A DNA stretch of 45,537 nucleotides, filler included, from Jimgerdemannia flammicorona (taxonomy: Eukaryota): assembly GCA_003990765.1 (NCBI GenBank). It is 2 parts of 2 records of this genome, joined end to end, with 100 filler letters (N's around TTAATTAATTAA, not from the genome) between each part and the next. Parts side by side here need not be neighbours in the genome. Positions count along the whole stretch, not along the records: positions 22,821 to 45,537 come from RBNJ01001219.1; 1 more part is not named here. One strand, 5' to 3'. The notes under the pieces were generated by a model. The model was not told the DNA's origin. It searched no databases and saw only the letters and a list, made by a program, of their open reading frames with translations. How positions within the stretch are numbered: the stretch's first letter is position 1; each line of letters begins with the position of its first letter. The translations under genes and the position numbers were made by a program. This document shows, piece by piece, positions 37,732 through 45,537 of the stretch.

Positions 37732-38399
37732 TTTTCCTTTCTTTAGCTATCTGGGTTATTTATACATTTTCTGCAGTAATAGTTGCTGGTTACTATGCTA
37801 ATGTTCACATCACCTGGTTGGGTTTCGAGATTGCTATGTTTTGCAGTTTATCACATCAGCCCCCACTGAAGAATAGTCTGTCCAAGACAGTTCTTCAGTC
37901 ATTATCCCAATAAGCATAAGCTACTTCTGCATCTATGCCTGTTCTATCATCTTCATTGTTCATATCTGGATCACTCTATTCTTGCTCTGGTTCTTCTTCT
38001 TGTTCTTCAGGAAACAGGATGTCTACTTGTTGATGAATACTCTGAAAGGTGGTCTCATTCATCTGATGAATATCATTGAGGTGGAAGTGAGACTGCACCA
38101 GGGCTCTAATATTTCGTTTATACTGGGTGTAGATTCATTTGACAGTTCTTGCTTCTCTGAGAGTAATTCTGGCTGGGCTCCTTATGTAAGGTTATTCTGT
38201 CAATAGTTGTCCAATATTGTAGAAGGCTTGTAGATAGTGGATCTGAAGCAACCTCTGGGCAATAGTAAGGTTCTCTTGATGCTTCTGGATCAATTGTATG
38301 GGAGTTCCTTTAAGTTGATGAAACTGGGACAGGGGAATTGGCAGGGCTTGGAAAGAGCTGAGGATAAGGGTTTGGAGACATTGATCTATCCTCTGAGTT

Positions 38400-40860
38400 A
38401 TGGTTTGTGCAGGTATATCTTGAGGTGATTTATGTGGACTAGAGTTCTCAAGACATGTCCATCCATGCTTCTTATATAGATGCTGGTTCCTCTAATATTA
38501 TATACAAAGTATAGTTCTTTCCATTTGGGCTTCAGTTTGTCAGCAAAGTTTGTTTTATTCATACTTCTCCAAACTAGTACTTGATCACCAATCTTGATCT
38601 TCTGATCCTTCTGTTTCTAGTCATAGTACTTCTTTTGTCTTTCTTGGGCTTTAGTAATCTGGACTCGGGCCTGATTATGTAACTGTTCTGTCTTCTTGAG
38701 GAGGTCCCCAAGATTCTCATGGTCAGCAGTTCTGGTTTTCTTGGCAAACATCATTTCAAATGGCTTTTGTTTGGTGGAGGCAGCAGGGGTGTTCTGAATT
38801 TTCCATAGGATCTCAGGTAAGCAGAGGTCCCAATTGGTAGCATTGACTTGGGCAAGTCCATTCTTGATGATCTGGTTCATCTTTCCATCATGCCATTGGT
38901 CTGGGGGTGGTATGATGTTGTCTGTTTGAGATGTATCTTGTGAATTCAGGCATAACTTGTGATTATGTTGTTGACAAATTCTGTGCCTTGGTCAGAGATG
39001 AGTACTTCTGGGGGTCCATATCTGAGTGTGAGTTCATGGAGAACACCTACAATAGTTAAGGTATGTGCAATTTCCATTGGGAAAGCCTCAGGCCACTTGG
39101 TCAGATGTTCTACAAATACAAGGATATATTTGTTTCTTCTTGGTGTAACTGGTAGAGGTCTAATTACATCTACTCTCTATCTTTGAAAGATGTAAGTGGG
39201 TGGGGGAATCAGTTGCAGAGGGGCTTGATAGTTCTTCTTTCCTTGGTACTTCTGGCAGGTGTCACATTACTGAATAATGTCTCAGACTTGGGTTCTGAGG
39301 TAGGGCCAATGTTGATATTATTTTTGAATCTTATCTTCTGTGCTTATCTGTCCTTAGTTGGCTTTCTGATGTTCTTGTCAGATGAGATCTTCTTGTTCCT
39401 TGATGGTCTGAGGAGCTTCCTTTAGAGTATAGTTCCTCAGAACACCCTTCTTCTGGTTCATTGGGGCTGGTGAGAAAGTACATCAACATTGTTGTGGGCT
39501 TTCTCTGCTTTGTGAATAATGGTGATTTTGTAATCCTGAAGGATAAGGATCCAGCAGGCTAGAATTCTAGTGGGTTCCTTGCAGTTGAATAACCATTTGA
39601 GGGCTACATGGTCTGTGATCAGGGTGAATCTTTTTCCAATGAGGTAATGCTTAAACAGAGGGACCACCTATATGACTGTAAGGCATTTCAGTTTGATGCT
39701 ACCATAGTTCATCTGCTGCTGATTAGTAGCTCTGCTTGCATAAGATATCATATGGTACTATTGATCAGATCCTTCTTGGGCCAGAACTGCCCCAAGGCCA
39801 TCTTTAGAAGCATCTGTATACAAGATAAATTGCTTCTATAGATTGAGGCACACAAGGATTGGTGCTCTAGTCATGCAGTTCTTGAGTTCTCTGAAGGCTT
39901 TTTCCTGTGTTTCCATCCATTTAAATTGCACTCCTTTCTTGAGAAGGATATGGATTGGAGTAGTGATTTGGGCAAAGTCTCTGATAAATCTTCTATAGTA
40001 GGATACTAGCATCAGGAATAATAGTATTTCCTTTGGGGTTTTTGGTACTGGCCAATTGTTGATCTTTATCTTCTTTGAGTCTACATGAGTTCCTTCTTTT
40101 GAAACTATAAATCCAAGAAATTCAAGTTTCTGTTTTCCAAAGTAGTATTTCTTTGCATTCAGTCTCAAGTAGTTCTTGCAGGTGAGTTTGAAGAATTTCT
40201 CTAGGTGGTACAGGTGTTCCTCAAAATTAGCTGAATAGATGTTGGAATCATCCATGTATACAATCAAGCAGTGTTGGATCAAGGGGGCATAGACTGAATT
40301 CATCATCCTCTGGAAGGTGGGGGGTGTATTGCAAAGTCCAAAGGGCATTCAGAGGTATTCAAATAGTTTTCTTAGAGCAAGGAAGGCTGTATTTTGAATG
40401 TCCTTGGGGTCCATGGGGATCTCATGGAATCCTGTGAAGAGGTCCATACTGCTGAAGTATCTGGCATCTTGTAACTAATCTAAGAGGTTGTCAATTCTGG
40501 GCAGAGAATAGGCATCCTTTTCGGTAACTGAATTGAGTTTCCTATAATCCATGCAGAGTCTCCATCCTCCTTTCTTTGGTACAATAAGTATAGGGCTGGC
40601 CCAGGGGCTGGTAGAGGGTCAGATGACCCCATTGTCTAAAAGTTCTTGAATGTGCTCCTTTTTGAATGTTTTCAAGTGATGGGGTATTCTATAGGGTTTC
40701 TATCAGATGGGTATTGCATTTTCTGTATTTATACTGTGGTGATATAATGGATTGTATGGCAGGTTGCCATAATCAGTGGTGAAGATATCTTGATATTTGT
40801 TGAGAAGTTCTACTAGTTGTTGCTGTTGTTGAGGTGTCAATTCTTCTCCAATGTTGGTGG
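38400..40860 (-). pseudogene. pol: RT-RNase H-integrase of family A
   Basis: Track ORFs 39836-40348, 39458-39667 and 38617-38880 plus connecting motifs. Confidence 0.93.
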
Positions 40861-41279
40861 AAGGCTTTACTGTCTCCTGGGTTGCAGAGGGGCCTTTCCT
40901 TTCTTCTGAGACCTTTTGCCATTTCCCAATAGGTTTAGTTCATAAATTTCTCTATGAGTTCGGTTGAGAAAAGGTACCAGATGTCCAATGATGGTTCCTT
41001 TTGGCAGAATAATGGTCTCTGAACTTTGGTTGGTGGCTTGTGAGTGTACTGGATTTATCTTGTTGGGGAATGTATGTCCCTCTATATCCAGGTGTGGGAT
41101 ATCTTCCTTGGGTTCAAAGAAAAGATTCCTGGGGTTGGGTGGTGCAAAGATTTCGAAGGTAGTTTGTTCTCCAGGCTCCAGGATAAGATTCTTATACAAT
41201 CTGACTGATTGCTGGTATACTTGCTGGGGAGTATTCCTCTTGAGGTAGTTGACTTGAAGGAGATGTACTTCCTTTCTCT

Positions 41280-41680
41280 CTAAACTTCTGAATCCCTTGG
41301 CTTGTCTTGTTCCTTCAGTTAGTTCAGAGATTCTTGCAACTGTGGGGTCTTGACCTTCATGAAGACTGCTTGGACAATCTTTTGTCCTCTAATGATTCAG
41401 TGTCATTCTGTACTGCTGTTGTAAGATAATCTTGATTTTGCCTATATATTCTGGGTCGATGATTCCTCCTTCCACAGTTATTCCTTATCTGGCAAGTCTG
41501 GACCTTGAGGTCAGTTGGATGTAAGATCCTTGGGGTGGCTGCATGGCTAATCCAGTTCTGATCAAGAAAGTTTTTCCAGGTTAAATAGATTCATCCTCCA
41601 GACTGTGAAGATCATACCCTATATCTTCTGGGTGGGCTTTGGTTAGAGGTTTGGCCCTGGGATGTAGCAGAGTATACTGG
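41280..41680 (-). pseudogene. dut: dUTPase domain of family A, between protease and RT
   Basis: LLHPRAKPLTKAHPEDIGYDL, RTGLA, SRSRLA, GGIIDPEYIGKI, KGFRS. Confidence 0.9.
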
Positions 41681-42959
41681 GTAATGTCCTTGCTGAGTTC
41701 AGGCTGTTCTAGAGCTAAGGCTCCACTAGCAGAGAGCCTCCAGGCTCTGAGGTTGAGGTTTGGCCATCTGGCTCCAGTAGAGGGGTCTCAGAGATAGTTA
41801 ATTCCCCTTCTTCCTGTAGAGTCTAAGGCTTCCATGAAGTTAGTGGCATCTTCTGCCCATTCTTGGCAGATTGCATGTCTGATGAGAGCTAGGATATCTT
41901 CTCCCAGATCATAGATCTTGAGGATTCTTCTTCCTGGCTTCTTGGTTTGGCTTTTTTGGATCTGGTCTCTGTGGTCTCCTCTCTTTAAAGTATAGACTGC
42001 AACATCATGACTGAGGTGAATCTTCTGATGTCTGTAGTCTCAGCAGTCAGGGTATCTCTCATGGTTGCAATATCCCATTGCTCGGAAATGGTGTTCCTGG
42101 CTGTTGATCTCTTGTTGATTTGGGAATCAGTATCTATCTTGATCATAGATGGATGGAAGAGTAGACAAGGGATATATTTTTGTCTGGGTGAAGAAGTCTT
42201 ACCCCCTGAATCAGCATTGCAATTTAGTGGTGACTTCTTGAAAGATAGTAGACTGTGCAAGTGTGTTTGGGGGTTCTGGTCGCTGGGGTCTCTATCTCTC
42301 CTGTTGATCTAGTAAATGGCATTGATAGCAGTAGTCTCAGGGAGAGTAGAAGACCATTTGGTGTGGACATCTTCCTAGCCAAAAAGCTTTTTATTGGTGA
42401 CTTTTTTTCTTAAGAATAATGGTGATTGTACTGGGTCCTTCTTCTGTATTCCAAGGATCATTGTCTTCAGGCAGTGTCCAGTGAGGGTCATCCCAGGGAA
42501 TGAGTTCAGGGACCTCCTCTTCTTCAGGTGCTTCTTGTTCAGGAACTTCTTGGTTAGAAGTTTCTTCTTCCTCAAATGATTCTTGTCCCCAAATTGCTTG
42601 CACTTCTGCAGCTTTAGTTGCAGGTGTTTCTGGAACATGTCTGCATTTCTTCTTCTTCCTTCTGCACTCTGGGCAGGCTATGCCAGGCGATTTTCTTGTT
42701 TCCATGATCTTGGAGGAATGCTTGGGACACTTGTGTCTCTTGAGGCAAATAGGGCATTCTTTGATTTCTCCTGCAATAGCTCCAATGGTGATAGGAATGG
42801 TATTCTTGGCCCGCACATTGTCTTCTGGTCTGTAATCTACCAGGTTAATTCAGGGATTGAGTCTGGGATCATTTCTATCTTCGGATTCTTCTTCCTCTTC
42901 TGTAATAGACTCCTCACTGCTGGCATATTCTTCCTGAATAGTGACCTTCTTCTACTTTT

Positions 42960-43340
42960 TTGATTGTTCATAGCTAGTTATCTTAACTTTGTACTTTTTG
43001 CCTTGGTAGTCAAACTTGAGTACCTGTTGACTGATGTCAATAACTGTATTCATTTCCTTCATCCAGTTGGTGCCAAGAATCATGTCATAGATGATAGCTT
43101 CAGTGACAACAGCTTTTGGGATGGAGAACTGAATGTGTCTCAAGGAGATGGTAATATTTCATACTTCTCCAAGAGGTTGAGTTTGGGCTCCATCTGCCAC
43201 TATGATGCTAAGGTTGGATGGTCCATCAATGGGCCATTGGAGGGTGTCCAGGAACCATTTGGCAATGACACAGATAGCTGCTCCTGTATCTATGAGAATC
43301 TTCACCTTTTGTCCTCCAATATCTCTATATAAGTAGGTGC
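42960..43340 (-). pseudogene. Retropepsin protease of family A
   Basis: KVKILIDTGAAICVI and YDMILGTNWM. Confidence 0.9.
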
Positions 43341-44019
43341 TGATATGTCTTTCTGCAGCCTGAATAGGAATGGAAGCTGGTTTTTGCTGTAGGATGGGAA
43401 CTCGGCCAGTGGTAGACCTGGTGGTTCTCAGCAATTTGTTTCAGACTCCAGCTGGTGTCAGTTGCAGGAACTGCAGGAGGGGGACTTCCATCTTGGCCTC
43501 TTAAATCTTCTGCCAGGCTTTATTGTAGATATCTCTAGGCATGGTCTTCAGGGTGTACTTCTTCTTGGGCTTTGGAGCAACAGGTTCAAATTCTTTTTGT
43601 TCCATTTCTTCATCTTCCGGTGGCAACTCATTTGTCTTGAGAACAAATGGAGAGGGGGTTCGGGGAGGTGTTTCTACCTGCTCCTCTTCATGTTCTTCGT
43701 CCTCCTCTTGGATAATTCTTCTGCTGATGTTCCTGGATGGCCTTCCTACAAGTCTCTTCCTCTTCTCTGCTGGGTAGACTGTTTTTCAAGTGGTAACTTT
43801 GGTGGAGTATAAGTCTAGGTCACTGTAGTCTTCACTATTGCTGGCTTCCTCAAAATCTTCAACAGGATGAGCTTCAGTCCTTTTGTACTGAGTCTCATTC
43901 CCTTGGTTTGGTGGTTCTGAGTCCCTTCAGTCATTTCTTTTATTGTCACATTTAGTGGCATAGTGTCTGAATTGTCCACAGTAAAAGCATTGGACTTGGG
44001 CTCTGTCTTGGACAGAGTA

Positions 44020-44389
44020 TGTAACATTTCAATATTCTACGACCTTCCAGTACTTTCTGAATGCTTAGAAATTCTTTCTTAACACTGAGCATTAACTAGT
44101 ACTTATTTAGTTAGTCACTGAATGTTCTGGAAACTTGTAGAACTTTATTTATCATCATTTGTCATCTTTGCTGAGAACTTTCCTCTTGGCATTTTCCTTT
44201 GATTTCTCAGATCCTTCCAGATCCTTCTTTTAGATCTTATATAAATACTCCCTTTGTTCTCATGAATAAAGTCTTGGAATATTTTCTCTTAGAAATCCTT
44301 CAAGAACACTTGAATTCTTAGTATCTCTTTGAGCTACTTTGGACTGCCAGAATTAGTCGCTTCCTCACTTAGAAACTAGAACCGTTACA
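44020..44389 (+). repeat. 5' LTR of family C copy 2 with a ~33-bp deletion near its start
   Basis: TGTAACATTTCAATATTC...GTTACA, compared with 13130-13533. Confidence 0.93.
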
Positions 44390-45511
44390 CTTGGTAGCAG
44401 CAGTTAAGTTACACCTAGCCTTATCAAGACACCTCTCAAGATATCAGTCACAACACTATGGAGGACAATGGGTAGAACCCTTCATACAGTACCTACAGTC
44501 CAGGCAATGCCTAATACAATCAGTACAATCAGCAAGAAGAAGAGGAACAGCAAAACCCTACTCAGTCGAATGGGGCCATTGAGAGTCTTTTGCAGACTAC
44601 ATTAGCTCAGATTGCTCAACTTCAAGAACACATAGAAAGAAAGGAAAGCAAGGCCCCTGCTAATACCTCCACACCTCCACTAATATCAATACATCCAACA
44701 GTAGTCACTATCAAGCCTCAGAAGCCCAACACCTTTGATGGTCAAAGAGGAGGACTGTTGGCTACTGATGCCTGGCATTTCCAATTGGAGCAATATGGAG
44801 AACTGACCAATTTGGAAGAAACAACACTAGTCCAATTTGCTGCCACACTCCTCCAAGGGAATGCTGCAATCTGGTGGCGAAATCATGTCCAGAATACCAG
44901 ATTCTCTGGCTGAATCAAGACCTGGGGCGAATTCTCTGATGTTATTCAAGGCCAATTCAAACCAGTCAATAGCACCAAGTCTGCGTGAGACAGTCTGGCA
45001 AATGTCAAACAACTCAAGTCTGTGCAAGCATATAATATACAATTCCTATCAATCCTGCTAGAATTACCACATGTCACTGAAGATGAGAAGGTTGACAAGT
45101 ACATCTGAGGCCTGAAAGGTCAAACCCGAGTTCATGTTGAACTAGAAGAACTCAAGGACCTAGATACAGCAATGAAAATTGCTGATAGGTTTGATATCAT
45201 CACCTATGGTCACTGCTTTGAACAGAAGAGACCTCCTTTCAACAACAATAACCACAGAAGGGAGGAACTCAAAGTCAGAACTGTTAGACCTGCCCCCATG
45301 GACCTAGATACCATTGACAAGAGCAAGAAAGGCAAGCTTACACCTGAGGAAAAGGAGCACCTCAAGAAGGCTTGAGCCTGCTTCTTTTGCCATCAGCCTG
45401 ATCACATTACAACCAAATATCCCAAGAAAACTGCGGAACTGAAGAGGATCCTGGTCCTGTCCAAAGACACTCAAGGTCAACCAGTTGAATAAGAAGTTGT
45501 ACTCAATTTCA
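44020..45511 (+). mobile_element. Family C copy 2 (5' LTR, PBS, gag from ATG 44458), inserted in family A gag
   Basis: Highly similar to 13130-14652; opposite orientation to its host element. Confidence 0.95.
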
Positions 45512-45537
45512 TTTTTTTTTTTTTTTTTTTTTTTTTT
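45512..45537 (-). other. Poly(T): probable tail of another retroposon inserted at the element C dUTPase start
   Basis: Homology to copy 1 (TTCATGCAA) stops abruptly at a T run that reaches the window end. Confidence 0.55.

Larger units (their letters stand above)
35459..37855 (-). repeat. 3' LTR of family A, interrupted by a retroposon
   Basis: Starts TGTGAT after AGTGGGGGCTGA, ends CATGTTATA, and matches 336-1663. Confidence 0.85.
35459..44019 (-). mobile_element. Ty3/Gypsy family A copy 2 (gag end-PR-spacer-dUTPase-RT-RH-IN-3' LTR)
   Basis: CCHC CFYCGQFRHYATKC at ~43950-43990; ILIDTGAAICVI; MPFGLCNTPPTFQR..VYMDD; LITDHVAL; integrase with KLKPKW. No chromodomain seen. Confidence 0.93.

Overview
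Eukaryotic DNA, probably fungal (an early-diverging lineage is my inference), made almost entirely of nested, C-to-T-decayed retroelements around a small CpG-intact island at about 31.0-34.1 kb. An artificial 100-bp scaffold spacer lies at 22721-22820, so the two halves may not be truly adjacent. Three Ty3/Gypsy families are present. Family A has two copies (336-5445 + and 35459-44019 -) with ~1.2-1.3 kb LTRs and a tRNA-Pro-like PBS. Family B is a chromovirus (~7086-21591 +). Family C is a chromovirus with one complete copy (13130-19169; 404-bp LTRs, ACTAT target-site duplication) and a partial copy from 44020. All three carry a dUTPase: between gag and protease in B and C, between protease and RT in A. 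The window also holds three L1/Tx1-like LINE pieces, two copies of a polyadenylated retroposon (~1.2 kb where complete), a likely DNA-transposon end and a kinase-like pseudogene. Most interesting: dUTPase in all three families, a shared CPH..CxxC zinc module near the dUTPase in A and B, a long unknown ORF apparently inside the family B LTR, and a conserved three-frame LINE layout. All alignments were done by eye and no intact protein-coding gene was found.
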